A stretch of 64,000 nt of DNA from Betaproteobacteria bacterium (GCA_009377585.1 WHTS01000012.1:4867-68866); one strand, 5' to 3'. Positions 27,043 through 37,604 are shown, counted from the stretch's first letter. Translations and numbers: made by a program. The notes: generated by a model from the sequence alone, not told the origin.

Positions 27043-28461
27043 ATGATCGAGGAAACGAAGCATGCCCGGCTTCCGGGGAAATTGGTGTTCGTCGGTTTCG
27101 GTTCGGTGGGTCAGGGCACGTTGCCGTTGCTGCTGCGCCACTTGGACATTCGCAAGGACGGTGTCCTCATCATCAACGCCGACGAGCGGGGTGCAGCCGA
27201 AGCTGCAGAGTACGGAATTCCGTACCGCGTCGAACCGCTGACCCAGGCGAACTGGCGCACGGTGCTCGATCGTGTCCTCGAGCCTGGAGACTTTCTGCTC
27301 AACGTTTCGGTCGACGTAGGCAGCGTGGACCTGATCGATTACAGCCTCGAGCGCGGCATTGCCTATCTCGACACCTGCATCGAGCCCTGGCTGGGCGGCT
27401 ACACCGATCAGAGCGTACCGGCAGCGTGGCGCACCAACTACGCGCTGCGCGAAAAGGCGCTCGCCTTGAACGAGAAGCACGGCAAGCGCTCGACCGCGAT
27501 CGTGACACACGGCGCGAATCCCGGGTTGGTGTCGCACTTCGTCAAGCAGGCGCTGCTCGATCTGGCGCGCGACCGTGGGCTGGATGTCGCTGTGCCGACC
27601 TCGCGCAGCCAGTGGGCGCTGTTCGCCGAGCGCATCGGCATGAAGGTCGTGCACGTCGCCGAACGCGACACGCAGTTCGCGATCCCACAAAAGCGCCCGG
27701 ACGAGTTCGTCAACACCTGGTCGGTGGATGGCTTCGTCGGCGAAGGCGCGCAGCCAGCCGAGCTCGGTTGGGGCTCGCACGAGCGCCATTTTCCTCAAGA
27801 TGGCAGCGAGTACGACTTCGGCCGGCGCTGCGCGATCTATCTGAATCGCCCCGGCGTCTCGGTGCGCGTGCGCAGCTGGACGCCGCTCAACGGCCCCTTC
27901 CACGGCTTTCTCATCACGCACAGCGAATCGATCTCGATCGCAGACTACTTCACCGTGAAGGATGGGGATCGGGTGCGCTTCCGTCCCACGGCCCATTACG
28001 CCTACCACCCGTGCGATGGCGCGGTGCTTTCGATCCATGAGTTTTGCGGGCGCAACTACCAGCCGCAATCGCGCTATCGCGTGCTCATGGACGACATCCA
28101 GGGCGGCATCGACGAGCTCGGCGTCCTGCTGATGGGGCACGAGCGCGGCGGCTACTGGTTCGGCTCGCAATTGAGCGTCGGGGAAGCACGCAAGCTCGCG
28201 CCGTACAACAACGCGACCACGCTGCAGGTGGCTGCCGGAGTGCTCGGCGCGATTGTATGGGCGTGCGAGAACCCGAATGCCGGCGTGGTCGATCCGGACG
28301 ACATCGACTTCGAGCGCGTGCTCGAAGTCGCCCGGCCGTATCTCGGTAACCTGGTCGGTGTGTATACCGACTGGAATCCGCTGCAAGCCCGCGGCACGCT
28401 GTTTCCCGAGGAGCTGGATGCCACCGACCCGTGGCAGTTCAGGAATTTTCGGGTGATCTGA
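27043..28461 (+). CDS. hss: Homospermidine synthase (bacterial type)
   Basis: ATG 27043, 472 aa. Near-continuous similarity to the bacterial Hss pattern: FVGFGSVGQGTLPLL, THGANPGLVSHFVKQAL, HVAERDTQ, FVNTWSVDGFVGEG, PAELGWGSHE, AHYAYHPCDGAVLS, DPWQFRNF. Confidence 0.9.
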   Translation: MIEETKHARLPGKLVFVGFGSVGQGTLPLLLRHLDIRKDGVLIINADERGAAEAAEYGIPYRVEPLTQANWRTVLDRVLEPGDFLLNVSVDVGSVDLIDYSLERGIAYLDTCIEPWLGGYTDQSVPAAWRTNYALREKALALNEKHGKRSTAIVTHGANPGLVSHFVKQALLDLARDRGLDVAVPTSRSQWALFAERIGMKVVHVAERDTQFAIPQKRPDEFVNTWSVDGFVGEGAQPAELGWGSHERHFPQDGSEYDFGRRCAIYLNRPGVSVRVRSWTPLNGPFHGFLITHSESISIADYFTVKDGDRVRFRPTAHYAYHPCDGAVLSIHEFCGRNYQPQSRYRVLMDDIQGGIDELGVLLMGHERGGYWFGSQLSVGEARKLAPYNNATTLQVAAGVLGAIVWACENPNAGVVDPDDIDFERVLEVARPYLGNLVGVYTDWNPLQARGTLFPEELDATDPWQFRNFRVI

Positions 28462-28655
28462 CCTCTCAGGCGGTGCCTCCTCGGCGCCGCCTTCTTGTCG
28501 CAATACGTCCACGCAGCGTCCGGTACGGTGCACAGCTTCTGCGCGATGCACTGCTGCAGTGCGGCGAAAGGTTTCCGTGGGTGCGTCGCGCGCTCGCCGA
28601 AACCGTTAAAAATCCTGTGATGCCAAGGCCCTAGCGACGCGCGTGCAACATGGCA

Positions 28656-28780
28656 CGTCGGTTGCTCAGCAGCAACCGACGCCGCTTGATCGAAGCGCGA
28701 CCGGTGGGCCGGTTGCGGTAAACGGGGACAACGGCGTCCATGTGTGCGGACCTATCGCCGCCATGGACGCCTTCATTTGC
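28656..28780 (+). promoter_or_regulatory. Structured leader of the nitrate-assimilation operon (candidate antitermination/attenuation region)
   Basis: Perfect 11-bp hairpin CGTCGGTTGCT-cagc-AGCAACCGACG (28656..28681). Second stem GGCGTCCATG...CATGGACGCC (28733..28771) is followed by TTCATTTGC just before the cobA ATG. Confidence 0.4.
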
Positions 28781-28781
28781 G

Positions 28782-29585
28782 ATGCGCGAAGCGATATCCA
28801 GCCAAGGCAAGGTGTACCTGATCGGAGCGGGGCCGGGCGCGGCCGACCTGCTCACGTTGCGCGCGGCCCGTGTGCTCGCGACGGCGGAAGTCGTGCTGGT
28901 CGACGCGCTGGTCGATCGCAGCGTGCTCGATCACTGCGCCGCGCAGGCACGCATCGTCCATGTTGGCAAGCGCGGCGGCTGCCGCAGCACCCCGCAGGCT
29001 TTCATCCAGCGGCTCATGGTGCGCTATGCCCGGCAGGGACGGATAGTGGCGCGTCTCAAGGGCGGCGATGCCTTCGTGTTCGGCCGCGGCGGCGAGGAAG
29101 CCGCCTTCCTGCGCCGCCATGGCATCGCAGTCGAGATCGTCCCGGGCCTGACCGCCGGCATCGCCGTGCCGGCCGCGCTCGGCATCCCGGTCACCCAGCG
29201 CGGAATCGCACACGGCGTCACCTTCGTCACCGGTCATGCCAGCGGCATTGCGGAGCCCGACTGGCGCGCACTGGCGCAAAGCCGCACCACACTCGTCATC
29301 TATATGGGCCTGCAGCGGCTGGCGGACATTGCGCGTGCCCTCATGGCAGGCGGTTTGAGCGGGGCAACGCCGGCTGCCGCGATTGCGCAGGGCACGCTGC
29401 CGGGCGAGCGCCACGTCATCGCGCCGCTGTCCGATATCGCGCGCGCGGTCGCGCAAGCAGCGCTCGCCGCGCCGGTCGTAATCGTCGTCGGCGAAGTCGT
29501 GTCACTCGCCGACGCGCGCATGGACGCTCCAGCGACGTTCGCGCGCCGCAGTGGAACACAGGCAAGGGAGGCAACGCAGGCATGA
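28782..29585 (+). CDS. cobA: Uroporphyrinogen-III C-methyltransferase (siroheme branch)
   Basis: ATG 28782. VYLIGAGPGAADLLTLRA, LKGGDAFVFGRGGEE, VPGLTAG. ATGA overlap with nirB. Confidence 0.88.
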   Translation: MREAISSQGKVYLIGAGPGAADLLTLRAARVLATAEVVLVDALVDRSVLDHCAAQARIVHVGKRGGCRSTPQAFIQRLMVRYARQGRIVARLKGGDAFVFGRGGEEAAFLRRHGIAVEIVPGLTAGIAVPAALGIPVTQRGIAHGVTFVTGHASGIAEPDWRALAQSRTTLVIYMGLQRLADIARALMAGGLSGATPAAAIAQGTLPGERHVIAPLSDIARAVAQAALAAPVVIVVGEVVSLADARMDAPATFARRSGTQAREATQA

Positions 29586-32077
29586 AACGCGCAAACCTGG
29601 TGATGGTCGGCAACGGCATGGCGGGCTGCCGCACGCTCGAGGAGCTGTTGAAGATCGCGCCCGACTTGTATGCCATCACGGTGTTCGGCTCGGAGCCGCA
29701 TCCGAACTACAACCGCATCCTGCTCTCGCCGGTGCTCGCCGGGGAGATGACGGTGCAGGACATCATCCTGAACGATCTCGATTGGTACCGCGACAACGGC
29801 ATTACCCTGCACGCCGGCAAGCGGATCGCGCGCATCGACCGCATCGCCCGCAAGGTGATCGCCGAGGACGGCACACAGGCCGAGTACGACCGGCTGTTGC
29901 TGGCAAGCGGCTCCGACCCGTTCATTCTCCCGGTGCCGGGAAAGGATCTGCCCGGGGTCATCAGCTATCGCGACATCGCCGATACCGAAGCGATGATCGA
30001 GGCGGCCGGCCGTCACAAGCAGGCCGTCGTCATCGGCGCCGGATTGCTCGGGCTGGAGGCGGCCAACGGCCTGGCGCTGCGCGGTATGGATGTGACCGTC
30101 GTGCATCTCATGCCGTGGATCATGGAGCGGCAGCTCGATCGCGTCGCCGCCGGCATGCTGCAACGCTCGCTGGAGTCGAAGGGCCTGCGCTTTTTGCTCG
30201 AGAGGCAGACCAGCGCAATCGTGGCCAATGCCGCCGGTCGGGTCGGTGCGGTTCAGTTCGCCGACGGCGGCTCGATCGCGGCCGACCTGGTGGTGATGGC
30301 GGCTGGTATCCGCCCGAACGCCGAGCTCGCCCGGGCGGCGGGTTTGCACTGCAACCGCGGCGTGGTGGTGAGCGACACGATGCAGACCTTCGATCCGCGC
30401 ATCTACGCCGTGGGGGAATGCGCCGAGCACCGCGGCACTGCCTACGGACTGGTGGCGCCGCTGTTCGAGCAGGCGAAAGTCTGCGCCACGCATCTCGCCT
30501 ACTTCGGCATCGGCCGTTACTCGGGCTCGTTCGTATCCACCAAGCTCAAGGTCACCGGCATCGACGTGTTCTCCGCGGGCGATTTCACGGGCGGCGAGGG
30601 CATCGACGAGATCACGCTCAACGATCCGTCCGGCGGCGTGTACAAGAAGCTGATGCTGAAGGACGACCGCATCATCGGCGGCGTTCTGTACGGCGATACC
30701 GTGGACAGCTCCTGGTATCTGCAGCTCATGCGCGACCGGCAGAACGTGCACGAGATCCGCGACCACCTCATGTTCGGCCAGACCAACCTGGGTGATGCCG
30801 GCCACCAGGGCGAGAGCCGCGCCGCAGCCATGCCCGATCACGAGCAGATCTGCGGCTGCAACGGCGTGTGCAAGGGCACCATTGTCAAGGCGATCAAGGA
30901 AAAGGGCCTGTTCACGCTCGAGGACGTGCGCAAGCACACCAAGGCATCCAGCTCCTGCGGATCGTGCACGGGCCTGGTCGAGCAGTTGCTCGCCTCGACC
31001 ATCGGCGGCGCCTACCAGCCCGCGGAGGGCAAGGACAAGGCGGTGTGCGGCTGCACCGATCTGTCGCACGGCGCGCTGCGACGTGCGATCCGCGAGAACA
31101 AGTGGCTCGACATTCCGACCGTCACGCGCGCGCTGGAGTGGCGCACGCCGAACGGCTGCGCCACCTGCCGCCCGGCGCTCAACTATTACCTGATCGCCAC
31201 CTGGCCGCACGAGGCGCGCGACGATCCGCAAAGCCGCTTCATCAACGAGCGCGCGCACGCCAACATCCAGAAGGACGGCACGTTCTCGGTGGTGCCGCGC
31301 ATGTGGGGCGGCGTCACCACGCCGCAGGAGCTGCGCGCGATCGCCGACGTGGCCGAGAAGTATGCCGTGCCGACGGTCAAGGTCACCGGCGGCCAGCGCA
31401 TCGACCTCCTGGGCGTGCGCAAGGCGGACTTGCCGAAGGTCTGGGCGGAGCTCGGTCAGGCCGGGCTCGTATCGGGTCATGCCTACGGCAAGTCGCTGCG
31501 CACGGTCAAGACCTGCGTCGGCGCCGAGCATTGCCGCTTCGGCACCCAGTCGTCGATGAGCATGGGGGCCGAGATCGAGCGCATGCTCTTCGGCATGTGG
31601 GCGCCCCACAAGGTGAAGCTCGCGGTCTCCGGCTGCCCGCGCAACTGCGCCGAGTCGGGCATCAAGGATGTCGGCGTCATCGGGCTCGAAGGTGCCTGGG
31701 AGATCTACGTCGCGGGCAACGGCGGCATCAAGACCGAGGTGGCGCAGTTCCTGTGCAAGGTCGCCACGCGCGAGGAAGTGCTCGAACACACGGCGGCCTT
31801 CCTGCAGCTCTACCGCGAAGAAGGCTACTACCTCGAGCGCACGGTGCACTTCGTTGCGCGCGTGGGGCTGGAGTACGTCAAGAAACAGGTCGTGGCCGAT
31901 GCCGCCAACCGGGCTGCGCTGGCGCAGCGACTGCAGTTCGCGCTCCAGAACCATGTCGATCCGTGGGCGCAGCGCGCCGGCAACGAGCGCTCCGACGACA
32001 GGCCGGCGACGCTGCGCCGGGAATTCGAGCCGCTTGCGCTTGGGTCCGAACGGCGCGAGGAGACGGCCCGTGGCTGA
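29582..32077 (+). CDS. nirB: NAD(P)H-dependent assimilatory nitrite reductase, large subunit
   Basis: ATG 29582, 831 aa. FAD/NAD folds (VMVGNGMAG, AVVIGAGLLGLE), BFD-like CGCNGVCKG, and a siroheme/4Fe-4S region (KTCVGAEHCRFG, VSGCPRNCAE). Confidence 0.93.
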   Translation: MKRANLVMVGNGMAGCRTLEELLKIAPDLYAITVFGSEPHPNYNRILLSPVLAGEMTVQDIILNDLDWYRDNGITLHAGKRIARIDRIARKVIAEDGTQAEYDRLLLASGSDPFILPVPGKDLPGVISYRDIADTEAMIEAAGRHKQAVVIGAGLLGLEAANGLALRGMDVTVVHLMPWIMERQLDRVAAGMLQRSLESKGLRFLLERQTSAIVANAAGRVGAVQFADGGSIAADLVVMAAGIRPNAELARAAGLHCNRGVVVSDTMQTFDPRIYAVGECAEHRGTAYGLVAPLFEQAKVCATHLAYFGIGRYSGSFVSTKLKVTGIDVFSAGDFTGGEGIDEITLNDPSGGVYKKLMLKDDRIIGGVLYGDTVDSSWYLQLMRDRQNVHEIRDHLMFGQTNLGDAGHQGESRAAAMPDHEQICGCNGVCKGTIVKAIKEKGLFTLEDVRKHTKASSSCGSCTGLVEQLLASTIGGAYQPAEGKDKAVCGCTDLSHGALRRAIRENKWLDIPTVTRALEWRTPNGCATCRPALNYYLIATWPHEARDDPQSRFINERAHANIQKDGTFSVVPRMWGGVTTPQELRAIADVAEKYAVPTVKVTGGQRIDLLGVRKADLPKVWAELGQAGLVSGHAYGKSLRTVKTCVGAEHCRFGTQSSMSMGAEIERMLFGMWAPHKVKLAVSGCPRNCAESGIKDVGVIGLEGAWEIYVAGNGGIKTEVAQFLCKVATREEVLEHTAAFLQLYREEGYYLERTVHFVARVGLEYVKKQVVADAANRAALAQRLQFALQNHVDPWAQRAGNERSDDRPATLRREFEPLALGSERREETARG

Positions 32078-32378
32078 ATGGATACGCATCTGCACGCTGG
32101 ACGAGATTCCGGTGCTCGGTGCGCGTGTCGTGCGCGATCCGTTCGGCGATATCTGCGTGTTCCGCAACGCGAACGACGAAGTGTTCGCCCTTAACGACCG
32201 GTGCCCGCACAAGGGCGGCCCGCTGTCGCAAGGCATCGTGCACGGGCGCAGCGTGACCTGCCCGCTGCACGGCTGGAGGATCGACCTGGCCAGCGGCGAC
32301 GCGGTCGCGCCGGACCAGGGTTGCACGCATTCGTATTCCGTCAAGGTGGAGAACGGCGATGTGCTGCTTGCGTTGTGA
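32070..32378 (+). CDS. nirD: Nitrite reductase small subunit (Rieske-like)
   Basis: GTG 32070 after GGAGA. WIRICTLDEIPVLGARVV...DRCPHKGGPLSQG...CPLHGW. 8-nt overlap with nirB. Confidence 0.85.
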   Translation: MAEWIRICTLDEIPVLGARVVRDPFGDICVFRNANDEVFALNDRCPHKGGPLSQGIVHGRSVTCPLHGWRIDLASGDAVAPDQGCTHSYSVKVENGDVLLAL

Positions 32379-32459
32379 TTTGGCGCGCGGCGTGCGTGCG
32401 TGCGCGTCCGCTTGCCTTGGATGCGAACGGCGTGTGAATGGCGCACGGGGGAAACGCGC

Positions 32460-33674
32460 ATGAACCGCGAGTCGTTCCTGCGGGCCGGACATCTGCCCAC
32501 GCTGATCGCCGCATTCCTCTACTTCGACCTCGCGTTCATGGTCTGGGTGATGCTGGGCCCGCTCGGCGTCCAGATCGCCGCAGAGCTGCACTTGAGCCAT
32601 GCGCAAAAGGGCTTGATGGTCGCCACACCCGTGCTCGCCGGTGCGTTGCTGCGCATCGTCATGGGCCTCATGGTCGATCACTTCAAGCCCAAGCTCGCCG
32701 GCGCGATCGGCCAGGCGATCGTGCTGGTCGCGCTTCTGTGGGCGTGGCATTTCGGCGTGCAAAGCTACCACGGCGTGCTGCTGCTCGGCGTATTCCTCGG
32801 GGTCGCCGGCGCTTCTTTCGCCGCGGCGCTGCCGCTTGCTTCGCGCTGGTATCGCGCCGAGCACCAGGGAACGGCGCTCGGCATTGCGGGCGCCGGCAAC
32901 TCCGGCACGGTGCTGGCGGCGCTGTTCGCTCCCGCGCTCGCGGCGGCATTCGGCTGGCGCAACGTGTTCGGCCTGGCCGCGATCCCGCTGGCGCTCGTGT
33001 TCGTGCTCTATCTCGTGCTCGCGCGCGACGCGCCAGACTGTCCGCCGGCCAAGCGGCTCCCCGAATATTTCCGCGTGTTGAAGGAAATCGACGCCTGGTG
33101 GTTCATGTTTCTGTACTCGATCACGTTCGGCGGCTTCGTCGGCCTCGCCTCCTCGCTCACCATCTACTTCAATTCGCAATACGGTCTGGATGCGACCACG
33201 GCCGGCTTCTTTACCGCCGCGTGCGTGTTCGCGGGCTCGCTGGTGCGACCGATCGGCGGGATGGTCGCCGACGGGATAGGCGGCGTGCGCACCTTGTCGG
33301 TGATGTACGTGCTGGCCGCGGCGGCGCTCGCGCTGGTGAGCATCGGGCTGGCGCATGCCTGGGCCGCGCTGGCGGTGTTCGTGATCGCGATGCTGGCACT
33401 GGGCATGGGCAACGGCGCGATCTTCCAACTGGTGCCACAGCGCTTTCGCCAGGAGATCGGCGTCATGACCGGCATGGTCGGCATGGCGGGCGGCGTCGGC
33501 GGCTTCTACCTCGCCTCCTCCCTCGGCTACTCCAGGCAGTTCACCGGCAGCTATCAGGCGGGGTTGGTGACGTTCGCTGCCCTGGCTGTGCTGGCCTTGC
33601 TCGCATTGAGTGGGGTCAAGCAGCGCTGGCGCACGACCTGGGGGGCGCCGCATCTCAGCGCGGCCAGGATCTGA
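32460..33674 (+). CDS. narK: MFS nitrate/nitrite transporter (NarK/NasA-type)
   Basis: ATG 32460. A 12-TMS protein with NNP-family motifs (GLMVATPVLAGALLRIVMG, GIAGAGNSGT). Confidence 0.88.
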   Translation: MNRESFLRAGHLPTLIAAFLYFDLAFMVWVMLGPLGVQIAAELHLSHAQKGLMVATPVLAGALLRIVMGLMVDHFKPKLAGAIGQAIVLVALLWAWHFGVQSYHGVLLLGVFLGVAGASFAAALPLASRWYRAEHQGTALGIAGAGNSGTVLAALFAPALAAAFGWRNVFGLAAIPLALVFVLYLVLARDAPDCPPAKRLPEYFRVLKEIDAWWFMFLYSITFGGFVGLASSLTIYFNSQYGLDATTAGFFTAACVFAGSLVRPIGGMVADGIGGVRTLSVMYVLAAAALALVSIGLAHAWAALAVFVIAMLALGMGNGAIFQLVPQRFRQEIGVMTGMVGMAGGVGGFYLASSLGYSRQFTGSYQAGLVTFAALAVLALLALSGVKQRWRTTWGAPHLSAARI

Positions 33675-33684
33675 TCGGCTGGCG

Positions 33685-36396
33685 ATGGTCGAGACACGCT
33701 CTACCTGCTGCTATTGCGGCGTCGGCTGCGGGCTTGTCATCGAGCATGACGGCAGCCGCATTCACGGCGTGCGCGGCGATCCCGATCATCCGGCCAACCA
33801 CGGCATGCTGTGCAGCAAGGGCGCGACCCTGCACTTGACGGCAACGCGGCAGGGACGGGCGCTGTATCCGCAACTGCGCCGCAATCGCTCCGAGCCCCGT
33901 GCCCGCGTTGGCTGGGATGCCGCGCTCGATACGGCCGCCGCGACCTTCGGTCGCATCATCGCGGCGCACGGTCCCGACGCAGTGGCCTTCTATGTCTCCG
34001 GCCAGTTCCTGACCGAGGACTACTACGTCTTCAACAAGCTCGCCAAGGGACTGATCGGAACCAACAACCTCGACAGCAATTCGCGCCTGTGCATGTCTTC
34101 GGCCGTGGCGGGCTACAAGCTGACGCTGGGCGCGGACGCGCAGCCGGCATGCTACGAGGATATCGACCACGCCGATTGCGTGCTCGTCTGGGGTGCGAAT
34201 CCCGCGTTCGCGCATCCGGTGCTGTTCCAGCGCCTGGAGCAAGCCAAGGCACGCAATCCGGCGCTGCGGCTGATCGTGGTCGATCCGCGTCGTACCGATA
34301 CCGCGCAGGGTGCGGACTTGCACCTGCCGATCCTGCCCGGTACCGATCTCGTCTTGCTGAACGCGATGCTGCACGTTCTGCTGTGGGAGGGGCTCATCGA
34401 TTGGGCGTTCGTGCGCGCGCACACCGAGGGCTTCGACGTCCTGCGCGATGCCGTGCGGGAGACGACGCCGGTCACCGCCAGCCAGATCTGCGGGCTGCCC
34501 GCGGACGCCATCGTGACGGCGGCGCGCTGGTTCGGCCAGGCGAAAGCGGCGCTGTCGATGTGGTGCCAGGGCCTGAACCAGTCCACGCACGGCACGCACA
34601 ACAGCGCCGCGCTGATTCACCTGCACCTGGCCACGGGACAGATCGGGCGTCCCGGCGCCGGACCGCTCTCGCTCACCGGCCAGCCGAACGCCATGGGCGG
34701 ACGCGAAGTGGGCGCCATGGCGAACCTCATGAGCGCGCATCGCAGCCTTGCCGATGCCGCCGATCGCGCCTGGATCGCGCGCTTCTGGGGCGTGGAGGCG
34801 GTGCCGGAGCGCCCGGGAAGAACCGCGGTCGAAATGTTCGATGCGCTGGGCTCGGGAGAGATCAAGGCGGTGTGGATTGCCTGCACCAACCCGGCGCAAT
34901 CGATGCCGCACCAAAGCCGCATTCGCGAGGCACTGACTCACGCCGAGTTCGTGGTGGTGCAGGAGGCATTCGCGACCACCGAGACAGCTGCCTTCGCCGA
35001 CCTGCTTCTGCCGGCGGCGACCTGGGGCGAAAAAGAAGGCACGGTGACCAACTCCGAGCGGCGCATCACGCACGTGCGCAAGGCGATCGAAGCGCCGGGC
35101 GAGGCGCGAGCCGATTGGCGCATCGGCTGCGACTTCGCTTTGCGGCTCGGTGCGCGGATCGGCAAGGATGCTGCGGCGCTGTTTGCCTACGACAAGCCCG
35201 AGGACGTGTTCGTGGAGCACGCGGCGAGCACCCGCGGGCGCGACCTCGACATCTCGGCCCTGAGTTATGAAGTGCTCGATCGCGATGGGCCGCAGCAGTG
35301 GCCGTATCGCGAGGGCGCCGCAACGCCACGGCTTTACGGCGACGCCCGCTTCGCGACGCCCAGCGGGCGCGCGCGCTTCGTCGCGATCGAACCGCGCACC
35401 GTCGCCGAGCCGATCGATGCGCGCCATCCGTTGCGGCTCTCGACCGGGCGCCTGCGCGATCAGTGGCACGGCATGAGCCGTACCGGGCGGGCCGCGCGCC
35501 TGTTCGGCCATGCGCCGCAGCCGGTAGCCTCGATGCATGCCGACGACATGGCGCGGCGCGGGTTGCGCAGCGGAGATCTCGCCTGGTTGAGCAGCCGGCG
35601 CGGGCGTGTCTTGCTCGAGGTCGAAGCATCGACCGAGATGTACCCCGGACAGGTGTTCGTGCCCATGCATTTCGGTGCGCGCCATCTCTCGCATGCCGGC
35701 ATCAACGAGCTGACGCTCGCGGCCTTCGACCCGTTCTCGAAGCAGCCCGAGCTCAAGCACGCCGCCATCCAGGTGGACAAAGCCGTGCTGCCGTGGAATC
35801 TGCTCGCGGTGCGGGCCGCGGCCCCCGGCGATGCCGAGCAGGTGCTCGCATGGCTCGACCGGTTGCAACCGCTGCTGGCCGGTTTCGCCTACGCCTATGC
35901 TGGATTGCTCGGCCACGACCGCTCCGCGGTCGCCCTGCGCGTCGCGCACGACCAGCCGATTGCCCCGGAGCGGATCGCGCAGATCGACGCCTGCCTGGAC
36001 TTGTCCGCGGAAGCGTGCGCGTCCTATACCGATGCGCGCCGCAATATCGCCAAGCAGGCGCTGCTCGCGGACGGCCGCCTGCACGGCTTTCGGCTGTGCG
36101 GGGATCTGGCCGCCGCCGACTGGCTGCGGGAAACGCTGCTGGACGCACGCCCGGCGGACGCGCTGCGGCGCTGGATGCTGGGTCCGTTCGAATCGCCGCC
36201 GGTGGGTGCGCAGGCGCGCAGGCGCGGCCGGATCGTGTGCAATTGCCTCGACGTATCGCAAGCCGAGATCGAAGCGAAGCTCGATGCCGGCGCAAGCGTG
36301 GAAGACATCCAGTCCGCGCTGCGCTGCGGCACTTCGTGCGGATCGTGCCTGCCCGAGCTGCGGCGCATGGCGCGCTCGGCGACGCAAGCCGTCTAG
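33685..36396 (+). CDS. nasA: Assimilatory nitrate reductase catalytic subunit (molybdopterin), with C-terminal BFD-like [2Fe-2S] domain
   Basis: ATG 33685. N-terminal 4Fe-4S motif CCYCGVGCG...C, molybdopterin oxidoreductase body, C-terminal CNCLDVS...CGTSCGSC. Confidence 0.92.
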   Translation: MVETRSTCCYCGVGCGLVIEHDGSRIHGVRGDPDHPANHGMLCSKGATLHLTATRQGRALYPQLRRNRSEPRARVGWDAALDTAAATFGRIIAAHGPDAVAFYVSGQFLTEDYYVFNKLAKGLIGTNNLDSNSRLCMSSAVAGYKLTLGADAQPACYEDIDHADCVLVWGANPAFAHPVLFQRLEQAKARNPALRLIVVDPRRTDTAQGADLHLPILPGTDLVLLNAMLHVLLWEGLIDWAFVRAHTEGFDVLRDAVRETTPVTASQICGLPADAIVTAARWFGQAKAALSMWCQGLNQSTHGTHNSAALIHLHLATGQIGRPGAGPLSLTGQPNAMGGREVGAMANLMSAHRSLADAADRAWIARFWGVEAVPERPGRTAVEMFDALGSGEIKAVWIACTNPAQSMPHQSRIREALTHAEFVVVQEAFATTETAAFADLLLPAATWGEKEGTVTNSERRITHVRKAIEAPGEARADWRIGCDFALRLGARIGKDAAALFAYDKPEDVFVEHAASTRGRDLDISALSYEVLDRDGPQQWPYREGAATPRLYGDARFATPSGRARFVAIEPRTVAEPIDARHPLRLSTGRLRDQWHGMSRTGRAARLFGHAPQPVASMHADDMARRGLRSGDLAWLSSRRGRVLLEVEASTEMYPGQVFVPMHFGARHLSHAGINELTLAAFDPFSKQPELKHAAIQVDKAVLPWNLLAVRAAAPGDAEQVLAWLDRLQPLLAGFAYAYAGLLGHDRSAVALRVAHDQPIAPERIAQIDACLDLSAEACASYTDARRNIAKQALLADGRLHGFRLCGDLAAADWLRETLLDARPADALRRWMLGPFESPPVGAQARRRGRIVCNCLDVSQAEIEAKLDAGASVEDIQSALRCGTSCGSCLPELRRMARSATQAV

Positions 36397-37604
36397 CGGG
36401 CGCGCGCCCGGGTCGCCGCACGCAGATGGTCCAGCACGCGACCGCCAGCCCGACCATCCGCCGGCAAGCCGTTCGCCGACTGATAGGCGCGAATCGCCTC
36501 ACGCGTCTTCGGTCCGATCATGCCATCCGCATTGCCGATGTCGAACCCCTGGCCGATGAGGTGCTCCTGTACTTCGCGCCGCTCGGTGCGCGACAGGCCG
36601 CGATCGTCGGTCGGCCAGGGCGTTTGGAACGTGCCGGCGCCGCGCAGCCGATCGGATAGATGCGCGATGGCGAGCGCGTACGACTCGGCGGCGTTGTAGG
36701 AATAGATCGCGTCGTAGTTCTTGAAGGCGAGAAATGCCGGGCCCGCGGCTCCAGCAGGGAGCAGCAGTGCCGCCGCGCCCGCACCGGTGAGCGCGGCGCC
36801 GTCGATTCGCCGAATGCCGAGCGCCGACCACTGCGCGAGGCTTTGCTTCTGGCGGCGTCCGGAGGGTCCGCTGTAGCCCGCCGGCAGCCGCACTTCGTAT
36901 CCCCAAGGGGCGCCAGTCACCCAGCCCGCCCGGCGCAGATAGTTCGCGGTCGAGCCGAGCGCATCGGGCACCGAGGCGACGATGTCGCGGCGGCCGTCGC
37001 CGTCGAAATCGACCGCGAGGCGCAGATAGGTCGATGGCATGAACTGGGTCTGGCCGAAAGCGCCCGCCCAGGAGCCGGTCAGCATGTCAGGCGTCAGGTC
37101 GCCGCTTTGGACGATCTTGAGCGTGTCGAGGAGCTCGCCGCGAAAGAACCGCTGCCGCGAACCGAAACAGGCGACGGTTGCGAGCGAGCGCAGCAGCGGA
37201 CGCGTGCCCATGACGCGCCCGTAATCCGACTCGACTCCCCAAACCGCGAGGATCGTGTAGCGGTCGACGCCGAACTGTTGTTCCGCTTTGGCGAGCGTCG
37301 CCTCCCATTGCTGCAGCTTGCTGCGGCCGTCGGCGATCCGCTGCTCGTCGACCAGGCCGGCAAGGTAATCCCAGATCGACAAGCGAAACTCCGGCTGGAA
37401 GCTCATCGCCTCGAGCACGCTCGGATCGGGCTCGATCGTCGCCAGCGCGGTATCGAATGTTTCCGCGCGCACGCCCTTGTTCATCGCCTCGGTGCGGATC
37501 TGCGCGAGGCAATCGCGGAATTCACCCGCCGGCGCATCGGCAGCGCGCGCGGCCGGGCTTGCCAAGGCGAGGGTCAAGGAGCAGACCAGGAGCGCTATTC
37601 TCAA
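36393..37604 (-). CDS. Lytic murein transglycosylase (MltB-like) with C-terminal peptidoglycan-binding domain
   Basis: Signal peptide LTLALASPAARA, catalytic region ILAVWGVESDYG, GAFGQTQFMPSTY, and a PG_binding_1-like tail (EVQEHLIGQGFDIGNADGMIGPKTREAIRAYQ). TTG start. Confidence 0.88.
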   Translation of the reverse strand: MRIALLVCSLTLALASPAARAADAPAGEFRDCLAQIRTEAMNKGVRAETFDTALATIEPDPSVLEAMSFQPEFRLSIWDYLAGLVDEQRIADGRSKLQQWEATLAKAEQQFGVDRYTILAVWGVESDYGRVMGTRPLLRSLATVACFGSRQRFFRGELLDTLKIVQSGDLTPDMLTGSWAGAFGQTQFMPSTYLRLAVDFDGDGRRDIVASVPDALGSTANYLRRAGWVTGAPWGYEVRLPAGYSGPSGRRQKQSLAQWSALGIRRIDGAALTGAGAAALLLPAGAAGPAFLAFKNYDAIYSYNAAESYALAIAHLSDRLRGAGTFQTPWPTDDRGLSRTERREVQEHLIGQGFDIGNADGMIGPKTREAIRAYQSANGLPADGRAGGRVLDHLRAATRARAR

